A program made the position numbers and the translations under genes. The notes beneath the pieces were generated by a model. The model was given only the letters and a program-made list of their open reading frames with translations. It searched no databases and had not been told where the DNA came from. A DNA stretch of 64,000 nucleotides from a plasmid: NCBI RefSeq assembly GCF_057098645.1, contig NZ_JBXSPU010000002.1; one strand, 5' to 3'. Shown piece after piece: positions 23,130 through 32,600 of this stretch. The first letter of the stretch is position 1. Each line of letters opens with the position of its first letter.

Positions 23130-24311
23130 ATGAACAGCAAGCCAGTAACCAGACAGTTTGAAGACTCAGACCTCCATCAGGAACTGGTCACGTTTGAGGT
23201 GCCCAATAATGACCTTAAGGAGCTCATTTTTTACTTTTCTCATATGAAATACAACACGGCTAAAACTTACCTTCAATGGCTGCGTTCCTGGAACGAGTGG
23301 TACCAAGCTAATGCAGGAAAGGAGGGAAACGAAGCCTGGCCTGCCAGTTCTCTCCCGGTGACAGAACCCCCGTTGTTGGCCTATCTGGACTATCTTCAGG
23401 GCTCGCTGTCACACAGCAGCATTAAAGGTTGTCTGCACGCGCTGAACAGTATCCATAGGAAAGCACTCGATCGCCCTGGGATCATCACATCCAAGGTCAA
23501 GAGTATTCTTGCAAGCCTCGAACAAGCTGAAGCCCGAGAGCAAAAAGTGACTCGTCAGGCAACGCCATTCCTAGTCTCCGACCTGAAAGCTTTGATTAAA
23601 GCCCACGGTACGACACAGTCGGTGCGCAAACTCCGAGACCTTTGCATTATCTGGACAGGTTTTGAAACACTGTTGCGCTCAGCAGAACTTCGGCGCATTC
23701 GGATGCAGGACCTTGTGCTGAATGAACAGACAGGCAGTTTTACCCTGACGGTGTACCGGACAAAATCCACTGTCAGTACCCTGCTTACCTATCATCTGAC
23801 CCCTCATCTCACTGCCACCCTAATCAGGCTGATGGATATGGTCAAAAGGGACCAGCAAAGCCATCCGAAGGATTATCTCTTCCAGGCAGTTAACTATCAG
23901 GACAGCGGATATATGCCCCCTGGATGGGGTCTCCGGAGCAAAGGGAATGAGATCAATACGCTGCTGAAAAATCATAATATGCCTTACCGACCTACCCGTC
24001 CCCCGATCGGGAAAAATGGAAAGCCCATTATTGTCGATGATGAGGGTATGCTCAGTAAAAACACATTGCTCCGGGCCTTTGAAGCGTTTTGGGATGAACT
24101 TCATCCGCAGGAAGCGGGCACCCGATGCTGGACTGGTCACAGCGTTAGGGTTGGCGGCGCCATCGAACTTGCTAATGCCGGGTACACGCACTTGCAGATC
24201 ATGGAGATGGGTAACTGGAGCAATCCAGAAATGGTTTCCCGCTATATCCGTAACATTGACGCAGGTAAGAAAGCGATGACGAAGTTCATGCGTGAGGCGC
24301 TGGATGAGTAG
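23130..24311 (+). CDS. tyrosine-type site-specific recombinase/integrase (Cre-like)
   Basis: ORF 23121..24311 (GTG) or 23130 (ATG); C-terminal catalytic signature HSVRVGGAIELANAG...NWSNPEMVSRYIRN (H-x-x-R ... Y). Confidence 0.7.
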   Translation: MNSKPVTRQFEDSDLHQELVTFEVPNNDLKELIFYFSHMKYNTAKTYLQWLRSWNEWYQANAGKEGNEAWPASSLPVTEPPLLAYLDYLQGSLSHSSIKGCLHALNSIHRKALDRPGIITSKVKSILASLEQAEAREQKVTRQATPFLVSDLKALIKAHGTTQSVRKLRDLCIIWTGFETLLRSAELRRIRMQDLVLNEQTGSFTLTVYRTKSTVSTLLTYHLTPHLTATLIRLMDMVKRDQQSHPKDYLFQAVNYQDSGYMPPGWGLRSKGNEINTLLKNHNMPYRPTRPPIGKNGKPIIVDDEGMLSKNTLLRAFEAFWDELHPQEAGTRCWTGHSVRVGGAIELANAGYTHLQIMEMGNWSNPEMVSRYIRNIDAGKKAMTKFMREALDE

Positions 24312-24335
24312 CGCCCCTGCGGGCGCTAATGAGGA

Positions 24336-24680
24336 TTACTTCTTTCGAAATGGATTAAAGCGGCCAAGATCATGAGGGGCGTCTTTCGGCGGCATCATCC
24401 CGGTGCGTTTAAATTTATAAACCCCGTTTAGCTTCATCGTCTGCACGCCCAGATTTAACAGTGCCACCAGCTTCAGGGTATACAGAAACGTGAATGCCGG
24501 GACCATCTGAATAAAAATAAATAGCAAACCCGCACACATCACACGCAGCCAGGCTGCATACTCCATGCTCAGCGGCCGCTTAAAGTAATGGATTTCCAGC
24601 AATCCGACCGTCTTGTTACTGATCCACACCGCTGCCAGTGAGAGTAACAACACGATGCACACCATAATGCCCAGTTCCAT
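24336..24680 (-). CDS. small hydrophobic (membrane) protein
   Basis: internal Met of ORF 24336..24809; at least 3 predicted TM helices; overlaps the end of the upstream ORF out of frame. Confidence 0.35.
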   Translation of the reverse strand: MELGIMVCIVLLLSLAAVWISNKTVGLLEIHYFKRPLSMEYAAWLRVMCAGLLFIFIQMVPAFTFLYTLKLVALLNLGVQTMKLNGVYKFKRTGMMPPKDAPHDLGRFNPFRKK

Positions 24681-25524
24681 GATCCTCACTCCCCGTCGAT
24701 TTGATATTTTGAGTTTCTGATTTACCCGCTTTGGTTTTGTTTTTCGCCTTCTTTTTGGGTTTGATATGGTGGAACAGGAAACAATCCACCAGCACCCAAC
24801 CATTAGCATATCGGGCCAGCAGTAATTTCTGGCCCGGATAATGTGTGTGGAAAAGCATTTTCACATCAACGGTATTCATGATCTTCTGCTTGCGCTTCAG
24901 TTCCTCCCCAGGCATCTCAAATTCCTGAATAAACGGTGATGACAACCGCTGGCGAAGCATTCGAATTGCACTAGCGTTTTCATCGTGTTTTGCCAGCCTC
25001 CCGAATCGCACAAGCGCCTTATGAGTTACCTGAACAGGCCCCAGATGGGAATTAACCAGTTCATACTGCCAGTAGTATCGCAGATCCACTTTTACCCAGC
25101 TGATGCTGTCTTCCAGTGCGGCTTTCATGATGGTTCCCGACATCGGGACCATGGTCAGCTTGGCCAGACGCATCTGAATGTAATCAGCCAGGGGCCTAAG
25201 GGACTCAGGTACATTGCTGTTCAGGAGAAGGTGCTGAAGCCCCGGTGTCGACGTCTGCCAGCTCAGGTTGCGGCCGTCAGGCAAAAATTCAAAGTTCTGA
25301 TCCGCTGGCGCCGATTTTGCGTTGTTCTCTTTCCGCATCAGAAAATAATGCCCACACAGTAACTCGGCCCGTACCTGGTCCTCTATCGGGTCATGGCGGG
25401 CCTTACTGAGATCAACCGTCAACACAACACGGTTGATGGCATCCTCATGGTATTTTTTCACCCAGACACAGACACGATAAAGTCTCTCATCAAGTTTCTG
25501 GCTGGTCGTGGAAATCCATTGCAT
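24616..25524 (-). CDS. hypothetical protein (302 aa)
   Basis: ORF immediately downstream of the Tus-like gene; basic C-terminal tail; no family recognised. Confidence 0.45.
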   Translation of the reverse strand: MQWISTTSQKLDERLYRVCVWVKKYHEDAINRVVLTVDLSKARHDPIEDQVRAELLCGHYFLMRKENNAKSAPADQNFEFLPDGRNLSWQTSTPGLQHLLLNSNVPESLRPLADYIQMRLAKLTMVPMSGTIMKAALEDSISWVKVDLRYYWQYELVNSHLGPVQVTHKALVRFGRLAKHDENASAIRMLRQRLSSPFIQEFEMPGEELKRKQKIMNTVDVKMLFHTHYPGQKLLLARYANGWVLVDCFLFHHIKPKKKAKNKTKAGKSETQNIKSTGSEDHGTGHYGVHRVVTLTGSGVDQ

Positions 25525-25534
25525 GCTTTTCTCC

Positions 25535-26494
25535 TCAGACCTTTCTCATAATGAAAATGCCAAGATCTGCACCGGGTACAAGTTCCGTGTAGCTATGGTT
25601 GCTCCTTCGACCATTGGACAGTGCTTCATCCTGCGCTGGCACCCAGTCCTGAAGTCTTTTAATTGTTGGCTTTTGTCCGACGCCAAAAATGGGTAATGAG
25701 GCTTTCACCACCTTGTAATCAGTCTCGGCATATTTGCTACTTCCACGCTCCTTGCCTTCAGGCCGGTATGTGAACAAATGCGCTATCGGAACCGGGAAGG
25801 TATTGGTTCGACAAAGGCGATACCCTTCGCCGTCTCTCAGTACTTTTCTTTCCAGTAATGCCTTCGCTCTATCGATGTTCGCCACCACTGTCAGGTCAGT
25901 TGTCACGGGCGATTTGACCGCTACTAAACGACGCTTATCCAGCATCGCGATGAGATCACTTGCGTTTGTTTTTACCTGGTTTCGGTTTAGCCGCCAGGCA
26001 AAAGTAACTTTTTTGAGCTGTTCTTCCACAAACAGAATTTTGCGAGTGGAATGCGCAGTCACCAGACCGGGAAGCTTACGGTGAACTTCCTTAAACCGGA
26101 TGTGTTTCTCCGAATTCACCCTTTTCATTGCAGAGGCAAAGTCACTTTTGGCATCATTTATATCGCAAATAATTCCGCTCAGCTGTTCGGCACCCTCAGG
26201 AACAATAATCAAACCCGGGTATTTGGTTGTCACTTTCGTCGAATTCCTGCTGAGTACATCAATGTCATCGATACAGAAATCCTGAATAACACGGATAATT
26301 TCATCCACGGAGGCATCTGAAATAGTACTCACCTCGATGGGGTTCACCTCTTTCAACCGCTCTTCGTGTCGTGTGACGGTCCCCACAGTCATCAGCTCGG
26401 CCATCACCGGCTGATGGTCATTCAGAAAGGATCTGAGCTTTTCAATTCGCTCCAGAATCCGGTCACGGTAAAAGAGTAAATCTTCACTGGCCAT
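25535..26494 (-). CDS. Tus-family replication-terminus-binding protein homolog
   Basis: 319 aa, same size as E. coli Tus (309 aa); central block EVHRKLPGLVTAHSTRKI...VTFAWRLNRNQVK resembles the Tus core ...WVHRHLPGLITLNAYRTL...LRFGWANKHIIK (from memory, not searched). Confidence 0.55.
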   Translation of the reverse strand: MASEDLLFYRDRILERIEKLRSFLNDHQPVMAELMTVGTVTRHEERLKEVNPIEVSTISDASVDEIIRVIQDFCIDDIDVLSRNSTKVTTKYPGLIIVPEGAEQLSGIICDINDAKSDFASAMKRVNSEKHIRFKEVHRKLPGLVTAHSTRKILFVEEQLKKVTFAWRLNRNQVKTNASDLIAMLDKRRLVAVKSPVTTDLTVVANIDRAKALLERKVLRDGEGYRLCRTNTFPVPIAHLFTYRPEGKERGSSKYAETDYKVVKASLPIFGVGQKPTIKRLQDWVPAQDEALSNGRRSNHSYTELVPGADLGIFIMRKV

Positions 26495-26582
26495 TCATCA
26501 CTCCGGTTTCAATAAAGCAGCGCAACACCGTTACGTCTTCAACGACTTCTGAAGAGTCGATATGCAGCCGGTAGTTGTACTT

Positions 26583-26861
26583 TTACAGCACCTTCCGCAA
26601 TTCCCCGGGATTGCCGGTTGTATAAAGTGGCAGAGGTTCAACCTGCTGACCGTCATGCCGAAAACAACGATTAAGGTCATTCAAAAGGCCAAAACTGACC
26701 GGCTGGCGTTGCAGATTGATGCGCTGCCAGTCCTGCTTTACACCAAACTTCACCCACCAACCCAGACCAATCAGTTCATTACGTATGTTCTGCACATTGC
26801 CCAAATCCGATACTGAAACATCCGGGATTACACCCTTCCCTTCCACCAGCAAATGCATCAC
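26583..26861 (-). CDS. hypothetical protein
   Basis: 92-aa ORF only. Confidence 0.3.
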   Translation of the reverse strand: MMHLLVEGKGVIPDVSVSDLGNVQNIRNELIGLGWWVKFGVKQDWQRINLQRQPVSFGLLNDLNRCFRHDGQQVEPLPLYTTGNPGELRKVL

Positions 26862-26864
26862 GCT

Positions 26865-27098
26865 CTAAAAATCAGGCTGACGGCTCTTCCTTGCGTGCTT
26901 CAGAATTGTACGAATCGAACGCAAGCTGTGGCGGGAATGCAAATTACGACGTTCAGCCGAACTAAGCCATCTCTGGATAAGCTCATTTGAATATGACACC
27001 GGCATTTCACCGGGGCCTGACCTTTCGATTTCACGCACATACAGCAGGCAGGAAGTAGCGGCACTCACTACTGCGTCAGAATTTTCGTTCATGTTCAC
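26865..27098 (-). CDS. hypothetical protein
   Basis: 77-aa ORF only. Confidence 0.3.
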   Translation of the reverse strand: MNMNENSDAVVSAATSCLLYVREIERSGPGEMPVSYSNELIQRWLSSAERRNLHSRHSLRSIRTILKHARKSRQPDF

Positions 27099-27531
27099 GT
27101 CCGTTAATATCAGAAATCTGCTTATCCGGTGTCAGGAACAAAGGCTGATAGTACAGGCGCCACGGATAGTGTACCGTCAAACCATCCGTTCCAATCCGGT
27201 TCAACCGGTAGCGTCCATTAATTCTGTCAACAGACCAGGTGCCAGGAACTACAGAACGACTCCAGCGGAAAACCGGCAGATCTCCGAGCTGAAGTGTATT
27301 CACGAGCCCTTTATCCATTTCGGTCACGCGTACCTTCAACAAGAAGCCCAGCCAGGGTAAAGACCAGATACACAGCCAAACGGGCTGGAGGACAACTTTG
27401 TTTAACAAATGACCTGTCATGAACATCGCTGATAAAAACATAAAACTGATGATAATCCAGAACACCATCCATCCTAACCAGGCTCTTGTCTCACGAAGTT
27501 TCCATTCAAGAAGGTAAAGTCGCTTTTTCAT
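27076..27531 (-). CDS. membrane protein (two N-terminal TM helices plus soluble domain)
   Basis: 151-aa ORF with hydrophobic segments WLGWMVFWIIISFMFLSAMFM and VLQPVWLCIWSLPWLGFLL. Confidence 0.45.
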   Translation of the reverse strand: MKKRLYLLEWKLRETRAWLGWMVFWIIISFMFLSAMFMTGHLLNKVVLQPVWLCIWSLPWLGFLLKVRVTEMDKGLVNTLQLGDLPVFRWSRSVVPGTWSVDRINGRYRLNRIGTDGLTVHYPWRLYYQPLFLTPDKQISDINGREHERKF

Positions 27532-27547
27532 CCAGAGCCCCCGGAAC

Positions 27548-28084
27548 TCAGTGAATGACTGATGTCTGCTGCATCAAAATAGTGGTGCGTGGCAGGATCT
27601 CGTTTCGCCACAACTCTTGAGCCGTCGTCCATCCATGTAGAATTCCGTTGCCACAGTGTGAATTGAACGCCATGACCTCATCAGTTAGCTGATAGACCAG
27701 CCTGTCTGGCATTTCAATGTACTCCGGAAGCGAAAGCAGGACGCCGTGTATCACGTCGCCGGTAAGCCTCGACAACGTCTCTTCGTCGTCCAGATTCTTT
27801 GTGGGCATCGTCGAAAGCGGGATAGAGAAACAACAGAGATCCATTCCCACCGCGTCAAAACCAACATCAAAACCTTCGTCATTGAGCACAAATCGGAAGA
27901 TAGCCTCAGGCGCCTGTTCTAGACCCGGCAGCGAGCCCTCCGGCACTTCTGTGCCGGTAAAAAACTTATCAGTCCAGTTACTGAATGGACTGGTGAACAC
28001 CCAACAAAGCAGAGGCAACGCAATATCCGTTTTAAGTACTCGTTTCGTGCCGGACGTTCCTGAAGAGTGAATTTTGCTTTTCAT
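27548..28084 (-). CDS. hypothetical protein
   Basis: 178-aa ORF, first gene of the minus-strand cluster. Confidence 0.4.
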   Translation of the reverse strand: MKSKIHSSGTSGTKRVLKTDIALPLLCWVFTSPFSNWTDKFFTGTEVPEGSLPGLEQAPEAIFRFVLNDEGFDVGFDAVGMDLCCFSIPLSTMPTKNLDDEETLSRLTGDVIHGVLLSLPEYIEMPDRLVYQLTDEVMAFNSHCGNGILHGWTTAQELWRNEILPRTTILMQQTSVIH

Positions 28085-28305
28085 TATTTACCTGTAGAGT
28101 GCTTGCAAAATGGCATCTGAATCGATCGCAGTTTGGCATTCGAATCGATCATGATTTGGCATCCATCTCCGATCACAGTTTGGCATCACAATCGATCACG
28201 ATTTGGCATGCTTCCGATCATTGATTGGCATCCTGCCAGTCACTCCGGGAATTAACTCTTTTCACCACAGTCTCCATTGCCGTGTTTAAACCAGTGGAGA
28301 CGTCA

Positions 28306-29871
28306 ATGTCCAGAAAGAGAAAATCCAGGAGCACTATGGAAACCTGTTTTAAGATCCTTCAGCTCAAGTTCGACAAGAAGCTGACTAACCGTTGTATCGG
28401 ACTGACGTTACACATCAGCGCCTCAACCGTTTTTGAGGTTCTTGCCCGCTTCAAAGCCTCTTCTCTGTCATGGCCATTACCTGCTGATATATCCCATGAC
28501 ACGCTGGAGAAACTCATTTTTCCGCCCAAAGACACCTTTGCATCAGAGCTTGTAATGCCTGACATGTTGTACTTCGATACGGAAATGAGAAAACCAGGTG
28601 TGACGCGGCAACTGTTGTGGATGGAATACAAGGCACAGGCGGGTAACAAAGCGATGGGATACTCGCACTTCTGCCGTTGCTACCGGGAGTGGAAAAAAAC
28701 GCGACGTCTCTCCATGCGCCAGGAGCATCGTGCCGGCGAAAAGCTTTTTATCGACTTCTGTGGTCCTACGGTTCCTGTTATTAATCCGGACACCGGTGAG
28801 ATACGCCGCGTGGCAATCTTCGTGGCCGTAATGGGGGCGTCCAACTATACCTACGTTGAAGCGTGCGAAGGTCAGGACATGATGTCATGGTTAAATGCCC
28901 ACAGCCGTTGCCTGACCTTCCTGGGCGGCGTACCGAAGCTGCTCATCCCCGATAACCTCAGAAGCGCAGTGAAAAAGGCCGATCGATATGAGCCTGTCAT
29001 CAACGACAGTTATCAGGCACTGGCTGAGCACTATGGCACGGTTATCATCCCGGCCCGACCACGCAAACCTAAAGATAAACCAAAAGCAGAAAACGGCGTC
29101 CTCATCGTTGAACGATGGCTTCTTGCCCGCATCCGTAATGAAACCTTCCACACGCTCAGGGCGCTGAATGCGCGCCTTAGGGAGTTACTGACAGACATGA
29201 ATAACCGGCCAATGAAGGGGTACGGCAATCAAACCCGTGCAGAACGCTTCCGCATACTGGATGCGCCAGCACTCTCTCCGCTGCCTCTGGCACCTTATGA
29301 ATACACGGAATACAAAGCTGTGAAGGTTGGCCCTGACTACCACGTTGAATATGCCCGTCACTGGTACTCCGTTCCACACGAACTGGTCGGTCAGCGTCTG
29401 TCACTGAAGGCGGGGCAGTCGGTGGTACAGCTCTGGCACAAGGGGCAGTGTGTGGCGCAACATCCGCGCAGCACACATGAATATAAACACACAACCAATC
29501 CGCTTCACATGCCAGAGCGCCACCGGCAGCACGGGACATGGACACCGGAACGCCTGATCGAGCAGGGAAAACGTACGGGCCCGTCCACAGGCCGGGTGGT
29601 TGAATCCATGCTGAAGGCAAAACCCCATCCGGAACTGGCTTATCGTGCAGTTCTGGGGCTGCTGGCACTTCAGAAAAAATACGGCCCGGAACGGCTGGAA
29701 AAGGCCTGTTACGTTGCCCTGCACTATAACGCCCCTGACAGACGCTTTATCGACAATCTGCTGCGTCACCATCGGGAGAACCTGGAGCTTCCATTATCCC
29801 GCCAGGGCGAACAACATCCGGCATATGCTTCAGAGCATGAAAACCTGCGTGGTCCGGGCTACTACCACTGA
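28306..29871 (+). CDS. istA: IS21-family transposase IstA
   Basis: ORF 28225..29871; N-terminal HTH, central DDE integrase-like core; start codon choice uncertain. Confidence 0.8.
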   Translation: MSRKRKSRSTMETCFKILQLKFDKKLTNRCIGLTLHISASTVFEVLARFKASSLSWPLPADISHDTLEKLIFPPKDTFASELVMPDMLYFDTEMRKPGVTRQLLWMEYKAQAGNKAMGYSHFCRCYREWKKTRRLSMRQEHRAGEKLFIDFCGPTVPVINPDTGEIRRVAIFVAVMGASNYTYVEACEGQDMMSWLNAHSRCLTFLGGVPKLLIPDNLRSAVKKADRYEPVINDSYQALAEHYGTVIIPARPRKPKDKPKAENGVLIVERWLLARIRNETFHTLRALNARLRELLTDMNNRPMKGYGNQTRAERFRILDAPALSPLPLAPYEYTEYKAVKVGPDYHVEYARHWYSVPHELVGQRLSLKAGQSVVQLWHKGQCVAQHPRSTHEYKHTTNPLHMPERHRQHGTWTPERLIEQGKRTGPSTGRVVESMLKAKPHPELAYRAVLGLLALQKKYGPERLEKACYVALHYNAPDRRFIDNLLRHHRENLELPLSRQGEQHPAYASEHENLRGPGYYH

Positions 29872-29887
29872 CAGAAGGAACAACAGT

Positions 29888-30643
29888 ATGAGTGATAACC
29901 TGTTAAACAAACTGACCCAACTGAAACTCCCGGCGATGGCCGGGAGCCTGATACGGCAGCGGGAAACGCCTCAGACCTACGACGAACTGTCGTTCGAGGA
30001 AAGGCTGACGCTGCTGGTTGATGACGAGCTTCTGAGCAGGGAAAACAGCCGTGTGGCACGGTTGAGAAAAAATGCCGGCCTGAAATACCAGGCAACACCG
30101 GAAGGGCTGCGCTATCCGGCCTCAAGAGGTCTGCGGGCTGAACAGATGAGAGAACTGCTGAACGGCCACTACATAACCCACAGGAAAAACCTGCTGATAA
30201 CCGGTCCGACAGGATGTGGCAAGAGCTGGATAGCCAATGCGCTGGGCGAACAGGCATGTCGACAGAAACACAGCGTCCGGTACTGTAGAACCGGGCGATT
30301 ACTGGAACAACTGGCTCAGGGACGTGTTGATGGCAGCTGGCTGAAATATCTGAAACAGTTGCAAAAAATACAGGTTCTAATCCTGGACGATCTGGGGCTG
30401 GAACAGTTAAGTAACGCCCAGTGTAATGACCTTCTGGAGCTCATAGAGGATCGTTACGGACAAAGCAGCACGATAGTGGTAAGCCAGTTCCCGGTAGATA
30501 AATGGCATGGTCTGATGGAGAACCCAACAACAGCAGATGCCATCCTGGACAGACTGGTACATAACTCACACCGAGTGGTCCTTCAGGGAGAGTCACTGAG
30601 GAAAAATCCCCCGGTAGTGGAAAGCAGCGAAAAAACGCGTTAA
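29888..30643 (+). CDS. istB: IS21-family helper ATPase IstB
   Basis: Walker A GPTGCGKS and Walker B VLILDDLG in ORF starting MSDNLLNKL... Confidence 0.85.
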   Translation: MSDNLLNKLTQLKLPAMAGSLIRQRETPQTYDELSFEERLTLLVDDELLSRENSRVARLRKNAGLKYQATPEGLRYPASRGLRAEQMRELLNGHYITHRKNLLITGPTGCGKSWIANALGEQACRQKHSVRYCRTGRLLEQLAQGRVDGSWLKYLKQLQKIQVLILDDLGLEQLSNAQCNDLLELIEDRYGQSSTIVVSQFPVDKWHGLMENPTTADAILDRLVHNSHRVVLQGESLRKNPPVVESSEKTR

Positions 30644-30792
30644 AAAGCGGTAGAAAAAGTTAAGTTCCCGGTTGATCGAATGGATGCGAATCGCTGATCG
30701 GACTTCGATGCCAATCCGTGATCGAATAGAGCGGAATACGCACTCGTTATCATCAAGATAAAGAGGTTATTCTGCATGATTGTAAGGAAGAG

Positions 30793-31110
30793 ATGGGATG
30801 GGATATCTTTTTCGAACAGGACTATTTGTTGCAAGAAAACAAACTGGCAATGAAATGGACTGATCGGGATATAATGGATGTCTATTCTAAAGTATTTAAA
30901 TCAACAATTAATTTGTTTGAAAAACTTGTCGTTAATAACAAGTTAACCTTAAGAGATACTTTTGGTTGGGTAATCGTAAACCCTACATTTGAACGCCAGT
31001 TTGAATGGATTGAGTCAGAAGTATTCGAAATCGTAGGAACTCATCTTGGTTACAACGTTGCCGCTATCAGAACACAGATGGCGACCGCGTGTAGGATGAC
31101 TTTCCACTAA
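30793..31110 (+). CDS. hypothetical protein
   Basis: 105-aa ORF; start codon uncertain. Confidence 0.35.
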   Translation: MGWDIFFEQDYLLQENKLAMKWTDRDIMDVYSKVFKSTINLFEKLVVNNKLTLRDTFGWVIVNPTFERQFEWIESEVFEIVGTHLGYNVAAIRTQMATACRMTFH

Positions 31111-31169
31111 CATGCCACTGGCAAACATCTGCCAGCGGGCGGTGTTTGCATTTTACCGGAGTTTTAAAA

Positions 31170-32222
31170 ATGACTAACGCCGCAACTGTATTAAAATCCG
31201 ACAATTCCGTACAGGAAGAAATCATTGGTAATCTGTTACCCGCAAATGTTATATCAAGTAAGATGTTTGCGAATAAAGAACAGTATTATCTTGTCAAAGC
31301 AAAAGATTTATTTGGCATTCCTGAGATGGATGAGGATATGATTGTTCCAGTGTTTAAAAAGTTTTCTCCATATCGTGCGAATCTGAATAAGGACTATATA
31401 CCAAATTCTCGAATACTTGAGCAAGTAGTAAAATTGCTTGTAAGTAACGATATAGATTTGAGTGTATGCCTGAAAGGAGAATCTGGATCAGGTAAGACTG
31501 AAATGGCAATGTATATTAGCCATATGCTGAACTGGCCGCTAACCATAAAGCAAATCAACAGCAATATTCGCGCTGATGAGCTGGAAGGTGAGCGTAGTCT
31601 TATTAACGGTAACACCAGTTTTGTGCCTAGCGAGCTTGTAACGGCATTTCAGGAAGGCCACCTCATTCTTCTGGATGAAGTGGACAAGATTGACCCTGAT
31701 ACTGCCGCAAAGCTTCATATGCCTATAGAGCGAAAGCCCTGGTCACTAGCTGCCAACGGTGGCGAAGTGGTTAAGGCAAATAAGTTTACGCGGTTTATGG
31801 GTACTTCAAACACAAACATGAGTGGGGGATCTCGTAAGTTCGTTTCATCGCAGCGGCAGGATGCAGCGTTTATCAAGCGCTTCCTGATTGTGGAGATGGA
31901 AAGGCCTTCAGAGGTTGCATTAACCAACGTTTTGCTTAAACGCTACAATAACCTGCCTATGCTGGTAATTGAAAAATTCGTTTCGGTAGCCGTTGCAGTA
32001 AACAACACAGGAACTGACGACAGTGTAATGGATATACGCCAGCTTGTGGCATGGGTTGGAACGTCAATGACGTTAAAGACCATGTCCTTACTGGATACAT
32101 TTAAAATTGCTTTTGCGTCGGCTCTGCCTGCACATGCCACTGGTATGGTGTTGGAAGCCATCGACTTAATTCTCGGTGACGACAAGAACCGTACAATGGA
32201 GTATTACACTGCAAAAAAGTAG
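31170..32222 (+). CDS. AAA+ ATPase (MoxR/CobS-like)
   Basis: Walker A GESGSGKT, Walker B LILLDEVDK; GGAG RBS 10 nt upstream of ATG at 31170 (ORF track begins at 31146); ~350 aa as in CobS/MoxR-class ATPases. Confidence 0.7.
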   Translation: MTNAATVLKSDNSVQEEIIGNLLPANVISSKMFANKEQYYLVKAKDLFGIPEMDEDMIVPVFKKFSPYRANLNKDYIPNSRILEQVVKLLVSNDIDLSVCLKGESGSGKTEMAMYISHMLNWPLTIKQINSNIRADELEGERSLINGNTSFVPSELVTAFQEGHLILLDEVDKIDPDTAAKLHMPIERKPWSLAANGGEVVKANKFTRFMGTSNTNMSGGSRKFVSSQRQDAAFIKRFLIVEMERPSEVALTNVLLKRYNNLPMLVIEKFVSVAVAVNNTGTDDSVMDIRQLVAWVGTSMTLKTMSLLDTFKIAFASALPAHATGMVLEAIDLILGDDKNRTMEYYTAKK

Positions 32223-32260
32223 TTATAGATGGGACGAGTTATCAGAAGGCTGAATGCCGT

Positions 32261-32530
32261 GTGACAGACTTTGCTCATCTTACGTTTTACGGTTTTCTGA
32301 GTGCAAACGGAACTGAAACTTTCGTGATTGCACAAGATGGAAATCAATATATAGGTCTGAAGCAGCATAATAATGACTATTCATTTATTTGTTATGAAGT
32401 CTGTAACAAAGATATGGAAGCCATGATTAAGGGCCTTGAATCAAAAGGATTCATGTATCAAGGGAGCATTCAATCGGCGGATGTCGAAAATGAATTTCCT
32501 GGAATTCTTTTAACAACACTTGAAAAGTAA
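32261..32530 (+). CDS. hypothetical small protein
   Basis: 89-aa ORF with GTG start; followed by hairpin element. Confidence 0.35.
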   Translation: MTDFAHLTFYGFLSANGTETFVIAQDGNQYIGLKQHNNDYSFICYEVCNKDMEAMIKGLESKGFMYQGSIQSADVENEFPGILLTTLEK

Positions 32531-32540
32531 TATTATTAAC

Positions 32541-32577
32541 CCTATCGGGAAATCTTTCCCGACGGGGAGGTTTTCCC
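32541..32577 (+). promoter_or_regulatory. GC-rich inverted-repeat element with downstream RBS-pairing segment (island hairpin family member 1)
   Basis: CCTATCGGGAAATCTTTCCCGACGGGGAGGTTTTCCC; GGTTTTCC can pair with the downstream GGAGAAAACC that contains the RBS. Confidence 0.55.
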
Positions 32578-32600
32578 ATTTCTAAATCTGGAGAAAACCT

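Larger units (their letters stand above)
28104..30743 (+). mobile_element. IS21-family insertion sequence (~2.64 kb), copy 1
   Basis: istA-istB pair; multiple terminal TTTGGCAT-type repeats at 28104-28230 and 30660-30743; ends set by comparison with the inverted copy at 46076-48716. Confidence 0.8.

Noticed and set aside
24681-24809. N-terminal 43 codons of ORF 24336..24809 (basic, KRRRK-rich)
   Set aside because: This part overlaps the 3' end of the upstream 302-aa ORF in another frame; the hydrophobic protein most likely starts at the internal Met (24680). A real overlap or a frameshift cannot be excluded.
28225-28305. N-terminal extension of the IstA ORF (MASCQSLRELTLFTTVSIAVFKPVETS...)
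   Set aside because: It overlaps the IS terminal repeat array; the internal Met (MSRKRKS... at 28306) is a more plausible start, so the extension is probably not translated.
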